Positions 16,927 to 26,562 of a stretch of 64,000 bases of DNA are shown here, one piece after another; position 1 is the first letter of the stretch; each line of letters starts with the position of its first letter. The stretch is from a virus. Its lineage: Duplodnaviria; Caudoviricetes. The notes beneath the pieces were generated by a model that saw nothing but the letters and a program-made list of their open reading frames with translations, ran no database searches and was not told the origin of the DNA. Both the position numbers and the translations under genes were made by a program. The stretch lies in the IMG/VR virus record IMGVR_UViG_3300046167_000724. The stretch is one strand, 5' to 3'.

Positions 16927-18732
16927 ATGAAAGATACTATAAATTACGGCGCAGAATTTGGTTGGGAACTTGGTGTTGATTTCCCCGTATGGGCAAACAC
17001 CGAAATATACGTTAAGACGGTTTCAAAAGGTTACCTAATTGACGATGAAACACCAAAAGATGCTTATTGGAGAGTGGCAACAGCAATTGCGAAAAGACTT
17101 CAAAAGCCTGAGATGGCTAGTAAGTTTTATGATTACATTTGGAGAGGTTGGTTAAATCTTGCTACTCCAGTGTTCTCAAATACAGGTACTGAAAGAGGTT
17201 TACCAATCTCGTGTTTTGGTATTGATGTCGCTGATTCTATCTACGATATCGGTAACAAGAACTTAGAGCTAATGCTTTTAGCGAAGCATGGTGGTGGCGT
17301 TGGTATTGGTGTAAACCAAATTAGACCAGCTGGTGCAAATATAAAAGGTAATGGTACATCTGATGGTGTAGTTCCGTTTATTAAGATTTATGATTCAACA
17401 ATCCTTGCGACAAATCAAGGGTCTGTTCGTAGAGGCGCCGCTTCTGTAAATATAGATATTGAGCATGCTGATTTCTGGGAATGGTTAGAGATTCGCGAGC
17501 CTAAGGGTGATGTGAACCGTCAATCATTAAACGTACATCAATGTGTTGTAGTTTCAGATGGTTTTATGCAAAAGCTAGAAGCTGGCGATAAAGAATCACG
17601 TAAAAGATGGGCAGCAGTTCTTAGAAAGCGTCGTTCAACTGGTGAGCCTTACATTATGTTTAAGGGTAATGTTAATAGAGCAAATCCAGACGCATACAAG
17701 AACAATGGTCTTAAAGTTTATATGACAAATATTTGTTCTGAGATTGCGTTGCACACTGATGAAAATCATTCATTTGTTTGTTGTCTATCTTCAGTTAACT
17801 TACAGAAGTATGACGAATGGAAAAATACTGACCTTATTTATACTGCAACATGGTTCCTTGATGGTGTTTTAGAAGAATTTCTTGCAAGAGCAAAATACAT
17901 GAGAGGTTTTGAAAATTCAGTACGTTCTGCAGAAAAAGGTAGAGCACTTGGTTTGGGTGTACTTGGATGGCACACATATTTACAAGAGCGTAATATTCCT
18001 TTTGATTCTATAGGTGCTCAGTTTGAAACTCGTAAGATCTTTTCTCAAATCAAGATTGAATCTGAAAGAGCTTCTAGAGATATGGCACAAGAATATGGTG
18101 AACCACTTTGGTGTGTTGGTACTGGAATGCGCAACACTCACTTAAGAGCTATTGCACCGACCGTATCAAACTCAAAGTTATCAGGTAATGTATCACCAGG
18201 TATTGAACCTTGGGCTGCTAACGTGTTTACTGAACAAACATCAAAGGGTACCTTTATTAGAAAGAACCCAACCCTTGAAAAATTCTTAAACGCAACAAAG
18301 CTAAATACAAAAGATATTTGGAATAAAATTCTTATTGATGGTGGTTCAGTTCAAGATGTTAAAGAATTTGAAGGTTGGTATGGGAAACACGCAACAGTTG
18401 GTGAATACATTAACCAAAAAAAGTACGACAAATTATCTAAATTAGAGAAAGATGAATGGACACCAATCAAAGAAGTGTTTTTAACTTTCAAAGAACTAAA
18501 CCAAATGGAATTAGTTAAGCAAGCTGGTGTCCGTCAACAATATATTGACCAGGCGGCATCACTAAACTTAGCGTTTCCAACAGAAGCTACTCCAAAGTTT
18601 ATTAACCAAGTACACATGGAGGCATACAAACAAGGTGTAAAGACTCTCTATTACATGAGAACTGAATCGGTCCTTAGAGGTGATATTGCAACTAGAGCAA
18701 CAGATCCGGACTGTCTTTCATGTGATGGATAA
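16927..18732 (+). CDS. nrdA: Class I ribonucleotide reductase alpha subunit (no ATP cone)
   Basis: ISCF, TNICSEI, CCLSS, IAPT, LYY, C-terminal CLSC. Confidence 0.95.
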   Translation: MKDTINYGAEFGWELGVDFPVWANTEIYVKTVSKGYLIDDETPKDAYWRVATAIAKRLQKPEMASKFYDYIWRGWLNLATPVFSNTGTERGLPISCFGIDVADSIYDIGNKNLELMLLAKHGGGVGIGVNQIRPAGANIKGNGTSDGVVPFIKIYDSTILATNQGSVRRGAASVNIDIEHADFWEWLEIREPKGDVNRQSLNVHQCVVVSDGFMQKLEAGDKESRKRWAAVLRKRRSTGEPYIMFKGNVNRANPDAYKNNGLKVYMTNICSEIALHTDENHSFVCCLSSVNLQKYDEWKNTDLIYTATWFLDGVLEEFLARAKYMRGFENSVRSAEKGRALGLGVLGWHTYLQERNIPFDSIGAQFETRKIFSQIKIESERASRDMAQEYGEPLWCVGTGMRNTHLRAIAPTVSNSKLSGNVSPGIEPWAANVFTEQTSKGTFIRKNPTLEKFLNATKLNTKDIWNKILIDGGSVQDVKEFEGWYGKHATVGEYINQKKYDKLSKLEKDEWTPIKEVFLTFKELNQMELVKQAGVRQQYIDQAASLNLAFPTEATPKFINQVHMEAYKQGVKTLYYMRTESVLRGDIATRATDPDCLSCDG

Positions 18733-18738
18733 ACGTCT

Positions 18739-18816
18739 GTGTGGTTTGAAGACCACACCTTAGGACCGTTCTTAGTGAACGGATTAGAAGCCAGGGGTTC
18801 GCTACTTCCTGGCTTC
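18739..18816 (+). ncRNA. Three-hairpin structured element downstream of nrdA (unassigned)
   Basis: GTGTGGTT/GACCACAC, CCGTTC/GAACGG, GAAGCCAGG/CCTGGCTTC. Confidence 0.45.
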
Positions 18817-18825
18817 GCTCTTTAT

Positions 18826-18853
18826 GAAACAATCCTAATTTAATTTATATAAT
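18826..18853 (+). promoter_or_regulatory. Middle-type promoter GAAACA-N16-TATAAT
   Basis: Recurring motif. Confidence 0.75.
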
Positions 18854-18888
18854 AAACGTATTGTCGCACTAAAAATATACAATACATT

Positions 18889-19218
18889 ATGGAAACACTT
18901 TATTTCATTTTAGGTATGCTTTCAGTGGTAACTTTAGTTGCTGTTGTGAGTGTGTTTAAGATTAAAAGAGAAATGTCAGAAATGGTCGAGGACCGTTTAG
19001 ATGGCGCAGTAAACCACCTTTCAAACTATATCGAAAAGATTGAAAGAAACATTGATAGCGTTGAACAAGAAATTGTAAACGCTGAAGAACGTTTATCTAA
19101 TTACGTTGATAAATTAGACGAGGGAATGACAAAATATGTTGATTCTCGCATAGATAAAATGGCAGACGGTATGTCAAAACATATCGCTGAAATTAATAGT
19201 CGGATAGCCGGTAAATAA
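18889..19218 (+). CDS. Membrane-anchored coiled-coil protein (stand-alone transcription unit)
   Basis: N-terminal TM helix, heptads; own promoter and terminator. Confidence 0.7.
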   Translation: METLYFILGMLSVVTLVAVVSVFKIKREMSEMVEDRLDGAVNHLSNYIEKIERNIDSVEQEIVNAEERLSNYVDKLDEGMTKYVDSRIDKMADGMSKHIAEINSRIAGK

Positions 19219-19237
19219 AAACAAAGCGACAATACAG

Positions 19238-19260
19238 AGAGGACTTCGGTCCTCTTTTTT
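19238..19260 (+). terminator. Intrinsic terminator
   Basis: AGAGGAC-TTCG-GTCCTCT-TTTTT. Confidence 0.9.
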
Positions 19261-19266
19261 ATTATT

Positions 19267-19294
19267 GAAACATTCCCACATTAATCCATATAAT
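19267..19294 (+). promoter_or_regulatory. Middle-type promoter GAAACA-N16-TATAAT
   Basis: Recurring motif. Confidence 0.75.
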
Positions 19295-19321
19295 AGTTAT
19301 ACAATTTTAAAAAAATAATAA

Positions 19322-20071
19322 ATGAAACTTCAAATTAACCGTATTGACCAGAATAGTTTGGTTGAGTTTGTTAACAAACTTAAAACAATCGACACGTTCT
19401 TGTACTTCAAATTACGTAATGGTAAAGTAACATCCGCTGTTTACTTACCACAAAGAGATGCAGTGAAATTGCACACAGCTCCAATTTCAGATTTGTTTTC
19501 AATCTCAGAAGCTTTACCAGAAGGTAAAGAACTTAAAGTAGCTTTCTTTGATGCAACTAAAGTATTAGATGCAATTAAGATGTTCCAGTCTGACCAGATT
19601 CAGGGTGAGATGGAATTTCAAGAAAACGAAGAAGACTTTGTATGTACATCACTTAAACTGTACAATGAAGAACTTGAAATTACATTAGCGTGTTCAGACC
19701 CATCATTAGGTTTTAAAGACCTTACAGATGCACAGCTTGAAACTATTTTTGACCGTGAAGGTACAGACTTTGATTTTGTACTAGATACGTTTACATTAGG
19801 TAAAATCCGTTCACTATTCTCTCTTGACAAAGAAGAAACATTTTCAATCACTGCTTCAAACGAAGAAGTACGCGTTCAAGGTAAAACTTATAATTACCAA
19901 GCTAATCAAGCATTTAATGGTAAGGCTTCAGAGGCTACACTTTATAAGAAGTATCTTAACCTACTAGACCGTGAAGAATACAGTGTTTATGTTTCTCGCA
20001 ATAAAGTAGTTATGAAGTCTAATGACTCAGAGACACTACTAACAATTGCTACTTGTCAAACAGCGGGATAA
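19322..20071 (+). CDS. gp45: Sliding clamp (gp45-like)
   Basis: Size ~250 aa, beta-rich two-domain pattern, adjacent to polymerase subunit. Confidence 0.65.
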   Translation: MKLQINRIDQNSLVEFVNKLKTIDTFLYFKLRNGKVTSAVYLPQRDAVKLHTAPISDLFSISEALPEGKELKVAFFDATKVLDAIKMFQSDQIQGEMEFQENEEDFVCTSLKLYNEELEITLACSDPSLGFKDLTDAQLETIFDREGTDFDFVLDTFTLGKIRSLFSLDKEETFSITASNEEVRVQGKTYNYQANQAFNGKASEATLYKKYLNLLDREEYSVYVSRNKVVMKSNDSETLLTIATCQTAG

Positions 20072-21288
20072 TGACATTAGAAGAGTTACAGAACACCCCG
20101 GTCGACTCACTCGGTAAAGAAGATTTGCAACGCTTGGCAGCTCACTATGATCAGTTAGCTGCCAAGTTCACTGCATATGAGCAAGCGGTAAAAGTTACAC
20201 TAAACTCTATCTACGGTGCCTTTGGTAATAAGTGGTTTCACTTCTTCAATATTGATATTGCTGAATCAATCACGCTACAAAGTCAGAATGCAATTTTATA
20301 TTCTGAGCAAATTTTAAATAAGTATGTTCAGGAGTTTTGGCATAAGGATACACAAGTTCACGAAGAACTTGGTGTTACTAAAGTTAAAAGTCCATGTAAT
20401 GAACCGTCAGTTATTTATATTGACACAGATTCTTGTTATGTACAGTTTGATGAATTGTACAATACTGTTGTTTGGGAAGATGAAGCAAACAAACCAGACA
20501 TTGATACATTTATTTTAGCGCTATACGACAAGCGACTAAAGCTATACATAGAGAAATGTATGCAAAAGTATGCTGACGCAACTAACACAGATAACTTCCT
20601 TGTTTTTGAACTTGAATCAGTTGCATATGGTGGTATTTGGATGTCTAAGAAGAAATACATTCAAGATATTGCATGGGATGATAAACTTCCAACAACTGAA
20701 AGACATACACCATTAAGTAAAGTTAAGACAATTGGTTTTGATACCATTCAATCATCAACACCAACATTTGCTCGTAAAAAATTAGCAGAAGCCCTTAAGG
20801 TTTTATTTACAGAACCTTCTGGTCCAACAGCTGAAACACTTGAGAAGTTAGTTAAGTTTTTGAAAGAGTCTAAAAAAGAATTTAAGTTAGCACCACTTGA
20901 TGATATATCTTTTAACAGACGTACAAACAACTTAGAAAAATACATCATTGACGATACGGTTGAATTTCAGTTTGGTATGAAGTGTCCACCTAACGTAAAA
21001 GCTGCAGGTTATTACAACTTTACACTAAACAATAATTCAAAGTACAAATCAAAGTACAAGATGATTGGTAATGGTGAAAAGCTTAAGATTTATAACTCAA
21101 TTGATAAAAACGGTTTATGTGATATCTTCGCATACCTTCCAGGTTCACACCCTTATGAGATTGCACCGCCGGTTGATTACGAAACACAATTTGAGAAATG
21201 TATTATTGACCCATTGAATAGGGTATTAGTCGCAGTTGGTCTTCATACCATCAACCGTAACCTAATTTATTCAACATCTTTATTTTAG
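20071..21288 (+). CDS. gp43B: Family B DNA polymerase, C-terminal subunit (motifs B and C, thumb)
   Basis: KVTLNSIYG, YIDTDS, KKKY; ATG 20071 overlaps clamp stop (track start 20053 is TTG). Confidence 0.9.
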   Translation: MTLEELQNTPVDSLGKEDLQRLAAHYDQLAAKFTAYEQAVKVTLNSIYGAFGNKWFHFFNIDIAESITLQSQNAILYSEQILNKYVQEFWHKDTQVHEELGVTKVKSPCNEPSVIYIDTDSCYVQFDELYNTVVWEDEANKPDIDTFILALYDKRLKLYIEKCMQKYADATNTDNFLVFELESVAYGGIWMSKKKYIQDIAWDDKLPTTERHTPLSKVKTIGFDTIQSSTPTFARKKLAEALKVLFTEPSGPTAETLEKLVKFLKESKKEFKLAPLDDISFNRRTNNLEKYIIDDTVEFQFGMKCPPNVKAAGYYNFTLNNNSKYKSKYKMIGNGEKLKIYNSIDKNGLCDIFAYLPGSHPYEIAPPVDYETQFEKCIIDPLNRVLVAVGLHTINRNLIYSTSLF

Positions 21289-21316
21289 AAACAAACGCGT
21301 GATTATAACGTATAAT
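21288..21316 (+). promoter_or_regulatory. Middle-type promoter GAAACA-N17-TATAAT
   Basis: Recurring motif. Confidence 0.75.
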
Positions 21317-21323
21317 AGTTATT

Positions 21324-21464
21324 ATGGAAAATAAAAACAACGCACTTGATATAGTGCAAGAGATTTTAGAATTACATGTACAATATCCAAACGACCAAGA
21401 GTTCGGTGGTGAAGTGCGTAAAATAATGTGGAATAAAATCCACGGTGAAAACGTAACATATTAA
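21324..21464 (+). CDS. Small hypothetical protein (46 aa, not in ORF track)
   Basis: MENKNNALD...YPNDQEFGGEVRK...VTY* directly after promoter. Confidence 0.6.
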   Translation: MENKNNALDIVQEILELHVQYPNDQEFGGEVRKIMWNKIHGENVTY

Positions 21465-21468
21465 TATT

Positions 21469-21663
21469 ATGAAAGATAATCTAACTGATAGAGAGAAATA
21501 TTACGTAGAACGCTATGACTTTATTAACACAGAGTTAGGTCGTCTACAAAATGATATGTTACATATTGAAGAAGCAACTGCTCGGTTGTTATCTGAACTA
21601 CAGTCACTAAGACAAAAAGAGCAAATAGAATTTAAAGAAACAGAAACAGATGGCAAAGACTAA
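21469..21663 (+). CDS. Small coiled-coil protein
   Basis: ORF overlapping uvsX start. Confidence 0.6.
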   Translation: MKDNLTDREKYYVERYDFINTELGRLQNDMLHIEEATARLLSELQSLRQKEQIEFKETETDGKD

Positions 21664-22774
21664 AAAACAATTTACGTTCAACGACTTAAATGCTGAACTA
21701 AGTAACTTAAATCCACTCGGTTCCGTGATGGAACAATCTACGTTTTCTGACGTTACAGAATGGATTGACACTGGTAATTACCACTTGAACGCTTGTGTAT
21801 CAGGTTCACTTTTTGGTGGTTGGCCAAATAACAGGTCTTGTTCAATTGCAGGTCCCTCAGGTACTGGTAAGACATTCCTTATTTTGAATTCAATTCGCGA
21901 GGCAATAAATATGGGGTACTCAATTGTATTTTACGATTCTGAAGCCGCTGTTGATAAAGACCTTATGATTAAGTTTGGTATTGATACGTCTAAAGTAAAC
22001 TACCAACCAGTAAATACAGTTCAAGATTTTCGGACGTCTATCACAACAATTACGGGTAGAATGCAAGAAGTTAAAAGATCTGGTGGTGAAGTGCCTAAGA
22101 TTATGATTATCTTAGATTCAGCTGGTAACTTAGCAACTGCAAAAGAAATTGATGATGCACGTTCAGGTTCAGAGAAATCAGATATGACACGTTCTAAAAT
22201 ATTGAAGTCAATCTTCCGTATCATTATGACACCAATGGCTGACCTTAAGATTCCATTCCTGTTTACAAACCACACATACCAAACACAAGACTTTATTTCA
22301 CGTCAAGTTGCGGGTGGTGGTACAGGTCCAGAATACGCAGCATCTATTTGTCTATTCTTAGGTAAAGCACAGTTGAAAGATTCAGCTGGTGATAAAGCAG
22401 GTATTATTGTTACGGCTAAGCCAAATAAAAATCGTTTTGCAAAACCACATCCAATCAAATTCCATTTACATTATACTGAGGGTATGAACAAGTATGTTGG
22501 TCTTGAGCAATATATTGATTGGGAAGATATAGGCATTACTAGAGGTACTATCGAAAAAGGTGTAAAAACACCCAAGTCAACTGCAAGAAATTGGATTTGT
22601 AAACACTTAGATGGAACTGTAAGCAATGCTGATTTCTTTAGTGAAAAAGTATTTACAAAAGAAATTCTTGAAAAGATTGAAGAAAAGATTAAACCGTTAT
22701 TTAATTACGGTACAAATCTAGGCATTGATTATGATTCAATTATAGACCTCGACACTGATGATCTTAACGATTAA
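21650..22774 (+). CDS. uvsX: RecA-like recombinase UvsX
   Basis: IDTG, GPSGTGKT, YDSE, ILDS, NHTY, GGG motifs. Confidence 0.93.
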   Translation: MAKTKKQFTFNDLNAELSNLNPLGSVMEQSTFSDVTEWIDTGNYHLNACVSGSLFGGWPNNRSCSIAGPSGTGKTFLILNSIREAINMGYSIVFYDSEAAVDKDLMIKFGIDTSKVNYQPVNTVQDFRTSITTITGRMQEVKRSGGEVPKIMIILDSAGNLATAKEIDDARSGSEKSDMTRSKILKSIFRIIMTPMADLKIPFLFTNHTYQTQDFISRQVAGGGTGPEYAASICLFLGKAQLKDSAGDKAGIIVTAKPNKNRFAKPHPIKFHLHYTEGMNKYVGLEQYIDWEDIGITRGTIEKGVKTPKSTARNWICKHLDGTVSNADFFSEKVFTKEILEKIEEKIKPLFNYGTNLGIDYDSIIDLDTDDLND

Positions 22775-23063
22775 TGAAGACTCAACGCCTATAAAATACA
22801 TCTTAGGCATTGAGAAAGACTTACCTGGATATCCTGAACCAATGGACATATTGTACCATACAATAGAACTTGCGGTCAGGAATCCCAAAAGATATAAAGG
22901 AACCTTTACAAGACACCATTGTGTGACGTATTGGTTTAAAGATGTTGATGAATCTATTGTTGATGAATCAATAAACAAGTTAACACAATCAGGTCATGTA
23001 CTACAAACAAACACAGACCCTGGAAAAGAATCATATAAAGTAATTATAAATCCATTTGAATGA
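22758..23063 (+). CDS. Hypothetical protein
   Basis: ORF with overlapping start/stop. Confidence 0.6.
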   Translation: MILTINEDSTPIKYILGIEKDLPGYPEPMDILYHTIELAVRNPKRYKGTFTRHHCVTYWFKDVDESIVDESINKLTQSGHVLQTNTDPGKESYKVIINPFE

Positions 23064-23632
23064 TAGCAGTATTTGACGATTTCCTAGACCAGGAAATGCT
23101 AAACGAAATTAAGAACGATTCAACGTTCTTCCAAGATCCAGGTGTGTATTATTATTGGGCTGGTCCATGGAACGACCAACCGACCAATACATTAAAAAAG
23201 AGACTTATTGAAAAGTTGTGGCTTACGGGTTCACCTCTTAGTTTTTCTTTTCAATTAGCCGGCTTTGAGTACTGGACTGGTATACAGACTGCAAACCCTG
23301 AGATTGGGCATAAAAATATATTAGGTCCACACTACGACAAAGATGAGGCTTTATTTAAAAAGACAGGTGAAATTGTTACACCATTTATTGGAACAGTTTA
23401 CTATCCTGGAATTGAAGAGTGGGAAGGTGGTGACTTAGCGGTTTATACTGATGGTGCTGATAAATCTCCTGAAATAGTTAAAGCAAAACCAAACCGTTTA
23501 ATTATATTTCAAGCCGGTCAACATGTACATGAGGTACTTCCAGTAACTAAAGGTACACGACATGCCATTGCAATTAATTTGTGGTCAAAAGAGCCGTATG
23601 CTTTAGAGGCTAATGAGTTAATCATTGAATAA
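23060..23632 (+). CDS. 2OG-Fe(II) oxygenase (prolyl-4-hydroxylase-like)
   Basis: HYD, WEGGDL, NRLIIF, HEV, R-x-A facial triad pattern. Confidence 0.85.
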   Translation: MIAVFDDFLDQEMLNEIKNDSTFFQDPGVYYYWAGPWNDQPTNTLKKRLIEKLWLTGSPLSFSFQLAGFEYWTGIQTANPEIGHKNILGPHYDKDEALFKKTGEIVTPFIGTVYYPGIEEWEGGDLAVYTDGADKSPEIVKAKPNRLIIFQAGQHVHEVLPVTKGTRHAIAINLWSKEPYALEANELIIE

Positions 23633-23641
23633 ATGTCAATC

Positions 23642-23669
23642 GAAACATATACACAATAACGTGTATAAT
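23642..23669 (+). promoter_or_regulatory. Middle-type promoter GAAACA-N16-TATAAT
   Basis: Recurring motif. Confidence 0.75.
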
Positions 23670-23687
23670 AGTTGTAAATAAAAAAAC

Positions 23688-25001
23688 ATGCAGTTTAACC
23701 AAGACTTCGAGAAAATATTCTTTAAACTATCTTTAAAGAAACCTAAATATTTAGAAAGCATTAAGACGGATTTCTATACGTCTGAAGAGATTGATATTTT
23801 ATCAAGACTTGCTTTTAAATTTTATGAAAAGTATCATGAAACCCCATCTAAGGAGCAGACTAAACTATTAGCTTCTCGTAGTAAATCTGCGAGCAAGATT
23901 AGTGAAGGTTTGATTGACATGATATTTGACGTTAGGCTTGAAGAGTATGATGACGAATGGTTAACTTCAACTGCAGAGTCTTGGATTAAGTGGCGTACTT
24001 TCGATATTTCTTTTATAGACACTGTAGAGTTTATTAAAACCACAGATGTTTCTCCAGAAACCGTTGAATCCATTATTCAAAAAGCAAGGGGTTTAATTAA
24101 CGATAGAAATAATATTACATTTAATTCGGACTTAGGTCTTGATTTCTTTGATCCTAATTCACATGACCAGAAGGAAACTGAAAAAGTTAGCTCAGGTTAT
24201 AACTTTATTGATTATGCTTTAGGTGGTGGATATGATAAAGGTGGTAATTTAGTTGTTTATGCTGGAGAGCAGAATATTGGTAAGTCTATATTCCTTGCAA
24301 ACGACGCAGCAACTGCTGTTAAGATGGGCCACAACACCGCGGTAGTTACTGCAGAGATGGCAGCTCATAAATTTGTTAAACGTTTAGGTTCAAACTTATT
24401 GACTATTCCAGTTAACGAATACCAAGAGAAAGCTAAGAACAAAGATATGATTAAGCGTAAGCTTGAATCAGTCGGTAACGGCTTTACACCACCCGGTCAA
24501 TTATTCGTAAAGCAATTCCCAACTTCACAGGCAACAGTACTTGATATTGAAGCTTATCTATTACAGGTAGAAGAAGAGAAAAAGCTAAAGATGGATGTTG
24601 TAGTTATTGATTACATTAACATTTTGGCAAACTATAGAAACCAGAATACGGAAAACACATATATGAAGATTAAGCAGATTGCTGAAGACCTTCGTGCTAT
24701 GGGTGTTCGTAATAACTGGTTGATTATTACAGCAACTCAGATTACCAGGTCTGGATACAATGCATCAGATATTTCAATGACAGATATTGCAGAATCTGCA
24801 GGTCTTTCACATACAGCTGATATTATGCTTGGTATTATTCAAGATGAATTAATGCATGCCGAACACGAATACTGGTTAAAGATTTTAAAAATTAGAGATG
24901 GTGAGGGTAAAGGTGTTAAATGCCGACTAACTATCAATTATAATTACATGAGACTAACTGAAACTGATGATATTTCAGGTTCAAATATACACGCACTATA
25001 A
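23688..25001 (+). CDS. gp41: Replicative DnaB-like helicase
   Basis: GEQNIGKS, AEM, IDYINI, ATQ, AES motifs. Confidence 0.92.
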   Translation: MQFNQDFEKIFFKLSLKKPKYLESIKTDFYTSEEIDILSRLAFKFYEKYHETPSKEQTKLLASRSKSASKISEGLIDMIFDVRLEEYDDEWLTSTAESWIKWRTFDISFIDTVEFIKTTDVSPETVESIIQKARGLINDRNNITFNSDLGLDFFDPNSHDQKETEKVSSGYNFIDYALGGGYDKGGNLVVYAGEQNIGKSIFLANDAATAVKMGHNTAVVTAEMAAHKFVKRLGSNLLTIPVNEYQEKAKNKDMIKRKLESVGNGFTPPGQLFVKQFPTSQATVLDIEAYLLQVEEEKKLKMDVVVIDYINILANYRNQNTENTYMKIKQIAEDLRAMGVRNNWLIITATQITRSGYNASDISMTDIAESAGLSHTADIMLGIIQDELMHAEHEYWLKILKIRDGEGKGVKCRLTINYNYMRLTETDDISGSNIHAL

Positions 25002-25447
25002 TGGCTAGAACTAAAACAGATAAAATATTTGATAATAATTTTGAGAATACAGAGTTTGAATTAAACAGCAATGTTACATTCACTGTTAGTCCACAATATT
25101 TAGATGATAGAGACGAAGAGGTAAAAATCGAACAGATCGCCTTACAAGAAGATATACACCAACTTATTGAAAAAAGTAGATTTGCAGCTTTTAATAAGTT
25201 AGATGAATTTTCGCAAACTGAGAAATTAAAGAAAGATGACATTAACAATGTTTATGAATTTATTTTTGAAGAGCTGCATCGTAAATATAACCCAATCGAC
25301 ATCTTTAGTGAATTATCCGATTACTTTAATGTAAATCCAAATAAGTTTTACAGCTCGTTGGCAAATTCATTTAAAGAAAATCTTATCGAAGAATTAGATA
25401 AAAAAACAGGTATACTTAAGAGTAGAAACATAAACAGATTATTCTAA
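25001..25447 (+). CDS. Hypothetical protein
   Basis: Translationally coupled between gp41 and gp47. Confidence 0.7.
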   Translation: MARTKTDKIFDNNFENTEFELNSNVTFTVSPQYLDDRDEEVKIEQIALQEDIHQLIEKSRFAAFNKLDEFSQTEKLKKDDINNVYEFIFEELHRKYNPIDIFSELSDYFNVNPNKFYSSLANSFKENLIEELDKKTGILKSRNINRLF

Positions 25448-26562
25448 TGATTAGCCAAGAAGTAAAAGACCAACCCGTAAAAAGAGTTTGGATTCTTGGT
25501 GATATGCACTTAGGTATTCGTTCAAACTCTAATGAATGGTTAGAAATCCAAAAGGACTTCTATGAAAATCAATTTATCCCAACATTAAAAGAACATGTTA
25601 AAGAAGGTGATATTTTAGTACAAGTAGGTGATGCGTTTGATAATAGACAGTCAATTAACTTAAAGGTGCTTAGCTATGCCGTAGACCTATTCGAGCGATT
25701 GGGTCAGATTCTACCAACCCATATTATTTGTGGTAACCACGATATTTGGGCGAAGAAGTCTAATGAGATTACATCTATTGATTCGCTTAAGTGGATTCCA
25801 AACATTCAGATTTATAAAGAACCTAAGCTATTAAAATGGCACGACAAGAACATATTGATGATGCCATGGAGAAGGGACCCACAACACGAAGCGGAAACGC
25901 TTGCCGAATTCCCATCAACAGATATTGTATTTTGTCATTCAGAAGTTCGAGGCATTTCACTAAACAATAAAGTGAAGAACATGCATGGTTCAGATGCCAA
26001 TACTTTTTCAAAGTATACTGCGGTTTATTCAGGTCATATTCACTATCGTCAAACTAAAGGTGCTTTAAGAATGGTTGGAACGCCATATGAATTAACGCGT
26101 TCAGATTCTGGTAATACTAAAGGTTTTGATATGGTTGATTTAGAAACTATGGAAGAGACGTTTTTTGAGAATACAATATCTCCTAAGTTTGTTAAGTTTA
26201 ATCTTACAACCCTTTACAATGTTACACTGGGCGACTTTAAGCAACGCATCTCTAATAACTTTGTAGACCTATTTGTTCCAAGTAAAATTGCAACAAACGC
26301 GTCCTTAAGTGCTTTAATCAATAGGGTTCAACGTGTTGCTAGAAAAATTGAACCAAATATTTATCAAGAGCAAGATATTATTGATAAAGACCTTCATGAC
26401 ATGGAACAGATTGAGGGTGAATTTAAAAGCTATAATATTTTACATTTGTTTGATTCTTATGTTGATGCTTTATCACACGATAAAGAAATGAAACAAAAGA
26501 TTAAAGAAGAACTAAAAAATGTATACAATAAGGTTGTTAACAATTACGACGTAGACCAATGA
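25447..26562 (+). CDS. gp47: Recombination nuclease subunit (Mre11/SbcD-like)
   Basis: GDMHLG, GDAFD, GNHD, GHIH. Confidence 0.92.
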   Translation: MISQEVKDQPVKRVWILGDMHLGIRSNSNEWLEIQKDFYENQFIPTLKEHVKEGDILVQVGDAFDNRQSINLKVLSYAVDLFERLGQILPTHIICGNHDIWAKKSNEITSIDSLKWIPNIQIYKEPKLLKWHDKNILMMPWRRDPQHEAETLAEFPSTDIVFCHSEVRGISLNNKVKNMHGSDANTFSKYTAVYSGHIHYRQTKGALRMVGTPYELTRSDSGNTKGFDMVDLETMEETFFENTISPKFVKFNLTTLYNVTLGDFKQRISNNFVDLFVPSKIATNASLSALINRVQRVARKIEPNIYQEQDIIDKDLHDMEQIEGEFKSYNILHLFDSYVDALSHDKEMKQKIKEELKNVYNKVVNNYDVDQ

